Part shown: in pieces, positions 49,301-61,068 of the stretch
Layout of the letters: each line of letters starts with the position of its first letter
Numbering within the stretch: the stretch's first letter is position 1
Position numbers and translations under genes: made by a program
Notes under the pieces: generated by a model
Seen by the model: the letters and a program-made list of their open reading frames with translations, nothing else
Databases searched by the model: none
Told to the model about the DNA's origin: nothing
Assembly (NCBI RefSeq): GCF_030028105.1
Contig: NC_092398.1
Span: 28,924,424-28,988,423 of the forward strand
Source of the DNA: Mobula birostris
Taxonomy: Eukaryota
DNA length: 64,000 nt
Reading direction: 5' to 3'

Positions 49301-52300
49301 TATACTTGGAGATCCAGCCCAATCCGTGCCAAGTTTCCAGGATTGTTTGGCTGGAATCTGCGGCAACCTGGGGCCAATCTGTATTTAGTCTGTGGTCAGA
49401 TTGTGTTCAGGCTGTAGTCAGAGTGTAGTCTGTCTGTGGGGAGATTGTGTTTTGTCTGTGGTCAGTCTATGTTCAATCTGTGCTAAGTCTGTGGTCAATC
49501 TGTGGCTGTAACGTGGCCCAGGAGATGACTGGGTTGTGACTCACACCACATCTATTAGGCCTAAACCAGGGAGGTACAATGCGGAGAGAGAGCTGTTGCT
49601 CACGCAACAGGCTCCCCCTCTCCGCGCATCTGATGAATCCAAAGGAACGGCAGAGACCGATACAGTTTGGCACCAGCGTTGACTCAACTTTAGACTGCCT
49701 TAGGGACTCCAGTTCTGGACTTTTCTTCAGGGTTTACTCCCGAAACCTTCCCCGTGATTGGGTACAGCCACAATGCAGCAGAGGTTTGAGATCAAGGTTT
49801 TCCTTCTCCTAGATGAGCTTCCAACCACGGCAGATAAGCCCCATCTGCTTGAAGGGACTGGTTTTAAGGCACCAGTAACCCACCTTTGCCCCTTCTCCTG
49901 TCGGTGGATCAGTTCCACTGGACTTAGTAGCTAAGCCACACGTGAAGGCCAGGAGCTGGATTTGGTCGTCAGAGGCTGTTTGAGATGCATGTCATTGGGA
50001 GAATTTAATAGGTAGTGGGAGTTTATCCCCATTACCATTACTAGCTATAATAAACTTAATAAACCAAGAATTTAATGAAACACTATATATAAACAGACAA
50101 ACACTATCAAACTAATTTGTAAAAAAGATGAATTGTATATAAAAAAGATTATTGAGAACATGAGTTGTAGAGACCTTGAAAGTGAGTCCACAGCTTGTGG
50201 AATCATTTCAGTGCTGGCATCAGTGAAGCTATCCATGTTGATTCAGGAGCTTGATGGTTGAGGGGTAATAACTGTTCCTGAACCTGGTGGTGTGGGACCT
50301 GAGGCTCCTGCACCTCCTGCTCAATGGCAGCAGTGAGAAGAGAGCACGGCCTGGATAGTGGGTTCCTTGATGATGGATGCTGCTGTCTTGTGGTAGCTCT
50401 CCTTGTAGACGTGCTCGATTGTGGTAATGGCCTGTTCCCATGAGGTATAACTCTGTAACCTGATCTTCAACCTGACCTTCTTTTGGAGGCCTGGCAGAAC
50501 TACACCAGCCCCAGGCGGTGCTGGTTTTGCTAGTTCTACTGGCATTGAGACGCCTTTCCGAGCTGGCACTTGCCACCCGGATGTTGGCAACCACAGTTAA
50601 GTTGGATCACAAGCCTCCATCTGGGGCCGTGTGTGACCCTGTACAAAAATACCTCGTCAACTCTACCTAACTCAGTACCTCACAGGCAAACTCCTCTCCA
50701 CCACTGGGAATACCTAGAGAAACCACTGCCTCAAAGAGGCAACATCCGAGGATCAACTTGAGGCACCATCTACGTTGATATGGATAGGAATTTGCCGTGG
50801 TGAGTTGGTCAGGGTGTGTCATGCAACAGAAAACAACAATGATATTGAATAAAGAATTATATAAAGTATAAATTTCAAGGTTAAAGTACAGATTTGGTAT
50901 ATAATGTGTATAAATACAGAAATAGCAGCATGTAAACATGTTTATAAAAAGAGGTTTGATGTGTTTACAGTGCACTAATGGAGGTAATAGATAGAAGGGG
51001 TGGGGGAGGTCACTAGAATGGCTGATCAGATTAACTGCCTGGGGGAAGAAACTTTAAGATGGCATTAAGTTTTTGTTTTAATAGCCCTCTTGTGCTTTCC
51101 AGAAGGGAGTTTTCTGAAAAAGCAGTTTGCTGGGTGGGTTGTGGCCGTAATGATTTTTTCCTGCCCACTACTTTGTCCAGGCAGTTCAATGTTAAGGTGA
51201 GTAAAGCTATCCACACTGGTTCAGGAGGTTGTCGATTGAAAGGTAATAACTGTTCCTGAACCTGGTGGTGTTCGGTCCTCAGGCTCCCGAACTTCATTTC
51301 CAGTGGTAGCAGTTTCATCCCCAAAACTAACTACTGAGCCGTCTTTGGAAGCATATTCTTCCTGAAATGCAGAGATTAGAACTGTACACAGTGCAACACA
51401 TGCAAAATGGTGGAGAAACTCGGCAAGTTAGTCAGAATCTATAGTAGTAGCAGGCAGCCATCAATCCCGAGGGATCATGGGTTTGCGTCTCTAGTGGACT
51501 GTGTCCTCTCCAGGGCGGGAGGATTTGAAGAACCGACAGTTGCCCATGCAGTGGGTTCCCCCTCTCCACGTCACTGATGTAGTCCAAGGGAAGGGCAAAC
51601 GCCGATTAGCTTGGCACCATCGTCATCGTAGAGGTTACCAGAGTGAAGTTGTAAACTACATCAAACTGACTTAGGGATCCCAGCTCCAGATCTTTTCTTC
51701 AGGGTTTACTCCTGAAGCTATTCCCATGGGTGGGTGTGGCCGTAAGGCAGCGAAGGTTTCAAATCAGAGTTTTCCTTCTCCTAGACGGGCTGCCGTCCAA
51801 GGCTAACGAGTCCCGCCTGCCCGAGTCAGAACCCATAGGGGAGGATAAAGAGTCGATGTTTCAGACCCAGACACTTCATCAGGACTGGAAAGGAAAGTGG
51901 GGGGTGGGGGCGGGGGTGTTATTTGCAGAATCCAGAATAAGAAGGTAAGTGGAGGGGGAGATGTACAAGCTGGAAGGTGATAGGTGAGACTAGGTGAGGG
52001 GGTTGAAGTAAGAAGCTGGGGAGGTGATAAAGGGCTGAAGAAGACGGAATCTGATAGGGGAGGATCATGGGATAAAGGGAAGTAGGAGGGGCACCAGGGT
52101 AGGTGATGGGTAGGTAAGGAGAAGAGGTAAGTGGGGAACCAGATTGAGGAATGGAAAAAGGGAACTGAATTGAATTGACTTTATTACTTACATACTTTAC
52201 ATACATGAGGAGTAAAAATCTTTACGTTGCATCTCTATCTAAGTGTGCATTGTGCAATCATAGTAATTTATCATAAATAGATGTAATATAGAGTACACTC

Positions 52301-52444
52301 AAATAAGCGTGAGTCCATCAGCTGATGGTCTGGTGGAAGAAGAGCGGAGGATGGGGGGAAGAAATGACTGAAAGTTCGAGAAATCGATGTTCAAGCTCCC
52401 AGTTTAAATTTAGTAAGACACAATGATGGTTGCTTGAAACAAGC

Positions 52445-52793
52445 TGCCATGGGTGGTGATGGGGGTGAGGGGTACCATGGGTGGTGATGGGGTTGAGGGG
52501 TGCCATGAGTGATTTTGGGGGTGAAGGGTGCCATGGGTGGTGATGGGGGTGAGGACTACCATGAGTAGTGATGGGTGTGAGGGTTTCAGTCGGTAGTGAT
52601 GGGGCTGAGGGTTGCCATGGGTGGTGATTGGGGTGAGGGGTGCCATGGGTGGTGATTGGGGTTGAATGGTGCCATGGGTGGTGGTAGGGGTGAGGGATTC
52701 CATGGGTGGTGATGGGGTTGAGGGCTGCCATGGATGGTGATGGACGAGAGGGCTGCCATGGATGGTGATGGGGGTGAGGGGTGCCATGGGTGA
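52445..52793. repeat. G-rich minisatellite, ~28-bp unit, ~12 copies
   Basis: Unit TGCCATGGGTGGTGATGGGGGTGAGGGG; first period 52445 to 52473. Confidence 0.9.
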
Positions 52794-52827
52794 TGACAGA
52801 GGGCACTAATCAGGCATTTAAACGAGG

Positions 52828-53505
52828 TGTCATGGTCCGTCCGTGAACTCCACATTCCGGTTCAAGACAAAGATCCCGAAGCCAAGCTCCAAGAACCCTA
52901 GCCTCGACGATTCCGTAGGCAAGCTCCAAGAACCCAAGCCTCAAAGATCCCGCAACCAAGCTCCAAAAACTCAAGCCTCGAAGATCCCGCAGCCAAGCTC
53001 CAAAAACTCAAGCCTCAAAGATCCCGCAGCCAAGCTCCAAGACCCCAAGCCTCAAAGATCCCGCAGCCAAGCTCCAAGACCCCAAGCCTCAAAGATCCCG
53101 CAGCCAAGCTCCAAGACCCCAAGCCTCGAGGATCCCAAGCCAAGCTCAAGACCCAAGACCCCAAGCTGAGCTCCAAGACCCCAAGCCTTGAGGATCGCAA
53201 ACCAAGCTCAAGACCCAAGACCCCAAGTCCCAAGCCATGTCATGTCCTTGCGTGGTTCTGGGGTCCGAGCCCGAGGCAAGACCTAGGTTCTGGGTCCTTG
53301 TCCAGTCTCGGGCTCGGAGTCCAAGCCTTGTCTCCTAGTCCATGGTTCCTAGTCCTGGTCCCACTTTCCCTAGCCCAAGTCTGCGCTCTTGTCCCTGCTC
53401 TTTGCCTGAATCCTGTCACGTCCCTACTCTTGTCAAGTCCTGTTCCTTGTACTTCAATGTCTGTGTCTCGCATTTGGATCCGTTCCCAACACCCCCTTTG
53501 TGACA
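52828..53505 (+). mobile_element. Internally deleted solo LTR with expanded 37-bp tandem repeat
   Basis: TGTCATGG...TGTGACA ends; 5-bp TSD cgagg at 52823-52827 and 53506-53510; ~7 copies of caagctccaagaccccaagcctcaaagatcccgcagc. Ends match 54809-56070. Confidence 0.85.
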
Positions 53506-54020
53506 CGAGGAGCCTGAATTGGAAATGGAAAAACAGGGCTGGGGTGGAATTACCAGAAGTTAGAGAAATTGATGTTCATGCCACCAGGTTGAAAGCTACC
53601 CAAATGGAAAATGGGGCATTGCTCCCCTAATCTGAGGGTTTCTCATCATGACAGTAGTGGAGGCTGTGGGCAGACATGCCAGAATGGGAATGGGAAGTCG
53701 GAATGAAATGGGTGATGGGAAATCCTATCTCCCAGTGACAATCCATTTCAATTCGACTTTGTAACGTCACTGTTTATTCCCCTCCATAGATGTGGCTTGA
53801 GCTGCTGAGATCCACCAGCATTTTTGCATGTGTTGCACTGGATTTCGAGCTTCTGCAGAACCTCTTGTGTTTGTGGTGTATTCAGTAATCCACGTGCCCT
53901 TTAAAACTTTCATCCATACATCCCCAATTTCATAATCCTTCACAATAAGGACCAGCATTCCAATAGACTTTGCAATTATTTGCCATATCTGTAAATAGCT
54001 TTTTAAAAAGTTTCACACGC

Positions 54021-54561
54021 TGCACTCAGTATCTATTTTATTAGGCTTGTCTCTATACCGGCTTGTTAATGGTAATATTTAATCAGCCAATCGTGTGGCA
54101 GCAACACAATGCATAAAAGCATGGTGACATGGTCAAGGGGATTAGTTGTTCAGACCGAACATCAGAATGGTGGAATAAATGTGATCTGTGACTTTGACCG
54201 TGGAATGATTGTTGGTGCCAGATGGGATGGTTTAAATATCTCAGAAACTGCTGATCTCCTGGGATTTTCACGCACAGCAGTCTCTGTTTTACTGAGATTG
54301 GTGTGGAAATCAAAACAAGATGAAAACATAAATCCAGTGAGATTTAGTTCTGTGGGCAAAAATGAGAAAGGTCAGAGGAGAGTGGCAAGACTGATTCAAG
54401 CTGACAGTAACTCAACTGTTTTGTGCAGAAGTATATCTCTGAATGCACAACACATTGAACCTTAAACTGGATGGGCTACAGCAGCAGAAGACCATGGACA
54501 TACACTCAGTGGCCACTTTACTAGGTACAGGAGGTAACTAATAGTGTGGCCACTGAGTATA
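54021..54561 (+). mobile_element. Non-autonomous Tc1/mariner-like element
   Basis: DFDRGMIVGARWDGLNISETADLLGFSRT remnant; ends in palindromic cactcagtggccacttta...gtggccactgagta. Confidence 0.8.
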
Positions 54562-54569
54562 TTTATCCA

Positions 54570-56345
54570 CCCTCTACAAAACATTGGTTAGACCACAGTT
54601 GGAATTTTGTGTTCAGTTCTGGTCGCCTCATTATAGGAAGGATGTGAAAGATTCAGAGAGGGTGCAGAGGAGATTTACCAGGATGCTGCCTTGCCGAGGT
54701 AGATTGGGCGAGCTAGGAATTTTTGGAGTTAATGAGGATGTGAGGCGACCTGATAGAGGTGTGCAATGTGATAAAAGGAAAATGACAGGCTGGAGTTTTC
54801 TCCCAGGGTGTTATGGTCTGGTCCGTGAAATCCACATTCCGGTTCATGGTCCGGTCCATTGATCCTTGTTCCAGGTTTTCCCGTTTACCCCGTTTATCTT
54901 GAGCACTATAATTGAGGTACATGAGTCTAGTTTGGGCAGACTCATAAAAACCTCCAGAGTCCAGGGCTTGGCTACTGGACTGTTCTGTTCATCTCCTTGT
55001 CTTTCCCCCTGACTCTCTGCCTGGATACCCCGCCTGACTCTCTGCCTGCTCACCTAGCCTGGATATCCCGCCTGTATAACCCGCCTGTATCTGAAGTTTT
55101 ACCGCTGGAGCAAGGCCGGATCACTGTTAGGTCAAGATAAGGAACTGTCTTTCGTTGTGTGGAACTGTCTCTGTCTCCTCACCTTCGCTAGGTAGGTCCG
55201 GCCGTTTGCCGCCACCTTGTGTTGCTATACGTCTCTTCATGTTCAGCTTTCTGTGTACGACTCCCGGCCCTATGCCCTGTTCCCAAGGAGGAGTCCCAGC
55301 TCTGTGTTATGTTTATGAGTCCCGGCCCTATGTCCTGTTCCCAAGGAGGGGTCCCGGCTCTGTGTTATGTTTATGAGTCCCGGCCCTAAGTCCTATTCCC
55401 AAGGAGGTGTCCCATTCTGTGTTCCATGCTCCTGTCTCTTCTAGTCCAAGGCTCCGTACTCCTGAAGGCCCTAGTCCGGTCTGTGCCTCGTCCAGTCCTA
55501 TCTGAGTTCTGTCCATGTGCCTTTACCTGTCCTTGTGTCTCGCCCTACCCAGGAGTTCCTCACTCAAGCCATGTTCAGTCCTATAGCCTTGACTTGTCCT
55601 CACCTAGTTCTGGAGTCCGAGCCCGAGTCAAGTCCCAGGTTCTGGGTCCTTGCCCAGTCTCTGGCTCGGAGTCCATACCCAAGCCTTGAAGTACTTAAGA
55701 CCCCAAGCCTGTCTCCAAGCTCAAGCCTCAAGACCCCAAGCCTCAATACCCTAGCCACGTCCTGACAGTAACCATGTCATGCCCTTGCCTAGTTTTGTGA
55801 TCCGAGCCCGACTCAAGACCTAGGTTCTGGGTCCTTCTCCAGTCTCTGGCTCGGAGTCCACGCCCAGGCTCCTAGTTCCTAGTTCCATGTCCTGGTTCCA
55901 CTGTCCGAGTCTAGTCCTAGCCTAGGCCCTTTGTCCTTGTCTCGTCCAGGCTCTGTGTCATGTCCAGCGTCCCTTCTTCTCCACTTTCCTTGCTTGCTTA
56001 ACTCTGGTCCTCGTCCTGTTAGTGTCTGTGTCTTGCATTTGGGTCCGTTGCCAATGTCCCCATTGTGACACAGGGTGGAAATAGCTCATTCAAGGGGGCA
56101 AAATTTTAAAAGTGATTGGAAGAAAGTATTCTTTACACAGAGTATGATGTGTGTATGGAACACCCTGCCAGGGGTGGTGAGAGAGGCAGATACATTTGGG
56201 GCATTTAAGAAACTCTGAGGCAGGCACATGGATGATTGGAAAAATGGAGGGCTCTGTAGGAGGGAAGGGTTCGATTGCTCTTGGAGTTGGTTCATGGCCG
56301 GCACAATCGAGCGGGCTGAAGGGCCTGTACTGTTCTTTGATCGAT
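54570..56345 (+). mobile_element. CR1 3' fragment split by a solo LTR
   Basis: VRPQLEFCVQFWSPHYRKDV..ERVQRRFTRMLP; reads ..ttctcccaggg|tggaaatagc.. across the LTR. Confidence 0.8.
54809..56070 (+). mobile_element. Solo LTR, 1262 bp
   Basis: TGTTATGG...TGTGACA ends; 5-bp TSD caggg at 54804-54808 and 56071-56075. Confidence 0.9.
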
Positions 56346-56900
56346 CCTACGCCACCTGCCAAGTTCTTGTCCACACATTTAACCTGTCATCGGCACGGCG
56401 TGCGGCTGAAGGGGAGCAATGGACGAATTTATAACACAGAACGCGGAGTTTTTAATATTTGCTTGTCGGTGTGTTTGTGTGGTGTCTCTCGCACTCAGTT
56501 GAAAGGCAGTTAGTGCGGAGTTCATGGCCGTACAGTGGATCCACCAATCAGAACTGTTTTTTTATATATAAGGAAGTGGGTTTACATTTCAGCCTTCTTC
56601 GTTGGAGACGGGGAGGCGGTGGGGACTTTCTGTAGCTCCACGGAAGCTTCGCAGCAGAGCGTGAGCCAGGGATACGATCAATTACAAACGTGGTGATAAC
56701 TGATGGGCGTTAAAATAAGATCTCAGGGGAAGCAACTGATTAATGACGTGCCTGTAATTCGCAAGGGGACGAAATTGCAAGCAGGGAATTACAGGGAAGA
56801 ACAGCCAACGAAAACAGAGAGAGCTTCTTAGAGATGAAGGCCATTGAGTTCAGAAGAATCTATGAAGGCTCTCTCCGCTCCATCCACACCGTCCCGACAG
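56341..56900. promoter_or_regulatory. Non-repetitive CpG-rich patch with CCAAT/Y-box, TATA and Ets-like motifs
   Basis: About 25-30 CpG in 560 bp; ccaatcag at ~56544, tatataa at ~56564, ggaagtg at ~56572, gc|gtgagc donor-like site at 56661. Confidence 0.4.
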
Positions 56901-57984
56901 GCGATCCCGGGGTCAGACACAGAGTGAAGCTCCCTCTACATCGTTCCATCACACACCCCCGGGGCCAGTACAAAGACATCAATCCTATATCCTCTCATGA
57001 GGCATAGGAGCAGAAATAGGCCATTCATCCCATCAAGTCTGCTCTGCCATTCCATCGTGGCTGATTAATTATCCTTCTCAGCCCCATTCTACTGCCTTCT
57101 CCCTCTAAACTCTGAAACTCTTACTAATGAAGAACCTACCAACCTCCACTTTAAATACACCCAATGACTTGGCCTCCGCAGCGGTATGTGCAGTGAATTC
57201 CACAGATTCACCTCCCTGAAGAAATTCCTCCTCATCTCTGTTTAAAGGGACATCCTCGTATTCTGAGACTGTCCCCTCCGGTCCTAGTCTCCCCCATTAT
57301 ACATAGAAACATAGAAACCCTGCAGCACAATACAGGCCCTTCGGCCCACAAAGCTGTGATGACCTACAGTTCATTATAGGAAATATTCTCTCCACATCCA
57401 CTCTATCGAGGCCTTTCATTATTCAATAGGTTTCAATTCAATGTTCCCACTGTGTACTTTCACTCATACACCCATCATCACAACCAAATTTCCTTGGGTA
57501 CCGAGCAATTCAGTAACCAATTCATATAGTATGGTGATTAGTTATTAGGTAATAATATTAAAACAGTTATGGAAGGGTATAAGCCGTCATGACTTTGGGA
57601 CAAGAGGGTCTTAGTCCATGAGGCTGACTGTTTATTTCCCTACACAGATGATGCTGAACTTGCTGAGTTTCTGCAGCATTTTGCGTGTTGCCCTGGATTT
57701 CCAGCATCTGCAGGATCTAAAAATGAGGAATTCTGCAGATGCTGGAAATCCAAAGCAACACGTACAAGTCCTGAAGCAGCATCGATAGAGGGGTTGAATG
57801 AACTAGTCCTGGTGAAGGGTCCCGGCCTGAAACTAAGACTGTTTCTTCATTTCCAGAGGTGCTGCCTGACCTGCTGAGTTCCTCCAGCATTTTGTGTGTG
57901 TTACCCTCGCAGAATCTTTTGTGTTTACGATCTCAGCTGGTGAAAGTCCCATTCGTATTTCTGACTAACAAGCATCAAACGATG

Positions 57985-58260
57985 TGAAGGACCCGGGCGT
58001 AACGGTTACAGCGTCAGTGATCCGAAGATCGGGGTTCAATTCCCGTCACAGTCTATATGGAGTTCTCCCCGTGGGTCTCTTCCCATTTCCTCCCATGTTC
58101 CAAAGATGTACAAGTTAGGGTTAGTGAGTTATGGGCATGGTATATCGGTGCCAGAATCATAGTGACACTTGAGGGCTTCCCACAGCACAATCCTCACTTA
58201 TTTAATTCCACACAAAAACGATGTATTTTTCTGTATGTTTCAATATACACTGATATGTAT
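57985..58260 (+). mobile_element. HE1-type tRNA SINE
   Basis: B box ggttcaattcc; degenerate core gtgggtctcttcccatttcctcccatgttccaaagatgta; same family as 24110-25150. Confidence 0.7.
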
Positions 58261-58261
58261 T

Positions 58262-58818
58262 TGCACCTTTTTCACCTCAGACAGTTGAGGAAGTTTGGTA
58301 TGGGTCCCCAAATCCTAAGAACTTTCTACAAGGGCACAACTGAGAGCATCTTGACTGGCTGCATCACTGCCTGGTGTGGGAACTGTACTCCCCTCAATCA
58401 CAGGGTTCTGCAGAGAGTGGTGCGGACAGCCCAGCGCATCTGTAGTTGTGAACTCCCATAATTCAGGACATTTGCAAAGACAGGTGTATAAAAAGGGCCC
58501 GAAGGATCGCCAGGGCCCCGAGTCACCCAAACTGTTCCAGCTGCTACCAGCCGGGAAATGGTACCGCAGCATAAATGCCAGGATCAGCAGGCTGCAGGCC
58601 AGCTTCTTCCACCAGACCATCAGACTGAGGTACTCGCGCTGATCTGAGTATATTTCTATGTTATATTGACCATTCTATTTATTATAAGTTATTGTAAATT
58701 ACTATGATTACACACAGCACATTTAGACAGAGACGTAATGTAAAGATTTTTACTCATGTATGTGTAGGGCAAGAAAAGACAAGACAAGATGTAAGAAATA
58801 AAGTCAATTCAATTCAAC
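58262..58818 (+). mobile_element. Rex1/Babar 3' fragment
   Basis: LFHLRQLRKFGMGPQILRTFYKGTTESILTGCITAWCGNC..LQRVVRTAQRI; tail aataaagtcaattcaattcaa. Confidence 0.85.
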
Positions 58819-58819
58819 A

Positions 58820-58844
58820 TTTCAGTATTATGTATAGATATATA

Positions 58845-58877
<33 letters not shown>

Positions 58878-60015
58878 TTGAGCGTTCTTTATTGTTTAAA
58901 TAATTCATTACTAGTTATATGCAGAAGTCCGTGCATGGCATACGTCATCACGCCATCACATGATATGCACGCATCTTGCTTCAAGTAAAAAATAAAGTTA
59001 GTCTTGGGTTCCCCGTTCCCCTGCTCTCCTTTCAGTTCACTATTTTTGGAGTTGCAAAGTTGAATTGAAGGAGTTGTCTGAGCATTGTCAGTTTGGTAAC
59101 GGGCTTAATAAAGCACTGAGAGATAATTAATTTGTGGAAACTTACAAGACAGCACTCAAAACTGGCTCCTAACTGAAACACAAATTACATTCAGAAGAGC
59201 AATTGAAATAGCTATGTCAATGAAAACAGCAGACAGAGACACAATTGAACTGCAATCAGGAATGAAAGTGAGTGTGAACAAAATTGCAATATTGAAACAG
59301 AAAGTGGCCTGACCAAACAAATTATTTTACCACTGTGGCAGAGGTTCACAACACCAGACGAATGCAGACTTAAAGGTGAAACTTACAGAAAGTGTAACAA
59401 AGTAGGACATACAAACAGCATATCAGGCAGACAAAAACAAATGGACTGCACAGGGAAGAGAAAAAGATAAAGTTGTCGTTTCAAAGGAGCACTAATCTTC
59501 ATGATGCTGATGAAAAATCTGATTATGATGTGTGACACTGGACTGTGTAGCCTTTTAGATTTCCGATGTAAAAACTGGCAAGAGACAAACAATGACTTAG
59601 ACTAGAAGTGAACGGCAAAATAATTAAAATAGAATTGGACACTGGGTCAGCTGTTTCAGTCATTCCACAAAATGAGTTTGACCAGCTTTTCAAAGATATT
59701 AAATTGAAGGCTGTAGATGTCCAGGTATGAGTCTAAACTGAAGTTTGTAGTCCAAGTAAGAACCCAAACTGGAGAAAAGATAACTCCTGTGGAAATGACA
59801 TTTGAAACAATGAAATACAATAACCATCAAGCCACACTGGGCTTGTATGTGGTAAAAGCAGGAGGACCATGATTGGCTGAGACAACTCTATTGGAGATCC
59901 ATCCACCATTGGCATGCCACCACCCCTGCAGTAGAGTCATCTGAAAGCGAACTGAGAGGGACACTGCAGCGCTCAAGGATGGCATTGGAAACATATCAAG
60001 GGTAAAATAGTGTGA
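58820..60015 (+). mobile_element. Degenerate Gypsy LTR element: LTR part, gag, Zn knuckles, protease
   Basis: ELKELSEHCQFG..LRD; AIEIAMSM; CGRGSH..C..C.KVGH; VNGKIIKIELDTGSAVSVIP. Confidence 0.85.
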
Positions 60016-60034
60016 ACTGAGACTGCATCCTCGT

Positions 60035-60935
60035 TGGCTACAGAGACCGTACCAAATGGTTGGAAAAGACAACCCCTTGTTCGAGAAAGGGAATAGGGAA
60101 AACCCTGGGAATTTATTTCTGTGGTGGGAGAATTATTGGAGATTTCAGAGAGAAGATTTATGAGCATTTGGAGAAGCAGGGTCTGACTAAGTACATTCAG
60201 CATACGGAGTGATTCATTTCGGAAGGTCGAATTTGAAGGCAGAATACAGGGATAATTGCAGGATTCTTCGCAGTGTGGAGTGACAGAGGAATCTTGGTGT
60301 CCACATCCATTGATCCTCAAAGTTACTGAGGAAGTTGATAGGATGGTTGGCCTACATTAGTCAGGGGCTTGAGTTCAATTAAGCCGCGACGTAATGTTTC
60401 AGCTCTAAAAAAAACCTCACTTGGAATATTGTTCTCTCTTCTCTTTGCCTCATTGGAGAAAGGAAGTGGAAACTTTTTTTAGAGAGGGTGCAGAGGAGAT
60501 TTATCGAGAAACTGACTGGATTAGGGAGCATGCCTTATGATGATAAACTGAGTTCCCTAGGGCTTTTCTCTTTGCAGTGAAGGAGGACAAAAGGTAACTT
60601 AACAGAATTGTACAAGATGATGACAGAGATTGATCGAGCGGACAGTCAGCATCTTTTTCCCAGGAAAAAGTGACTAATATGAAGGGGCATAATTTTAAGG
60701 TGATTGGAGGAAAGTATAGGGGGGATGTCAGGGGTAAGAATGGTGGGTGCATGGTTGTGGTAGAGGCAGATACATTAGGGACATTTAAGAGACTCTTAGA
60801 TAGGCACATTGAGAAAAAATGGAGGGCTATATGGGAGGGGAGGGATAGATTGATCGTAGAGTAGGTTAAAAGGTCGGCACAACATTGTGGGCTGAAGGGC
60901 CTGTACTGCATTGTTATGTTCTACTTTCTATGTTC
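60035..60935 (+). mobile_element. CR1 fragments with tail
   Basis: PLFEKG..PGN; VIHFGRSNLK; FKVIGGKYRGDVRG; tail ctactttctatgtt at 60921-60934. Confidence 0.85.
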
Positions 60936-61068
60936 CCGGAGCACCTGGGAGAAACCTGTTCAGTCAGAGTGAGATGGCGTAAAGTACACACTCAAAGATT
61001 CCGGAGGGCGGGTTTGAACATCCCGGTGCTACGGGGCAGCGGTTCTAATCAGCGTGCAGCCCTGTGCG
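60936..61068 (-). mobile_element. HE1-type SINE 5' part abutting the alpha2 exon
   Basis: Minus strand gcacagggctgcacgctgattag (A-box-like), gatgttcaaac (B-box-like), caggtttctcccaggtgctccggg (degenerate HE1 core); truncated by the CR1 tail. Confidence 0.65.

Larger units (their letters stand above)
32930..51289 (-). repeat. Right arm of large inverted segmental duplication
   Basis: Reverse complement of 1-21498 apart from arm-specific indels. Both arms reduce to ~14.4 kb once those indels are subtracted. Confidence 0.95.

Noticed and set aside
1-51289. Palindrome as an assembly artefact
   Set aside because: About 5% divergence, reciprocal TSD-flanked insertions and consistent ancestral lengths argue for real paralogues. 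Collinearity continues across the N gap. Read-level confirmation is still needed.
52880-53170. CRISPR-like array (37-bp repeats; also the 36-bp and 28-bp arrays)
   Set aside because: Head-to-tail repeats with no unique spacers and no cas genes, in a vertebrate context.
52318-53233. His/Pro-rich and Lys/Pro/Ser-rich ORFs
   Set aside because: Translations of the 28-bp minisatellite and the 37-bp LTR repeat, open in several frames.
53890-54010. Minus-strand IIAKSIGMLVLIV as a TM exon
   Set aside because: Matches degenerate CR1 (GMLAFIARGFEY region).
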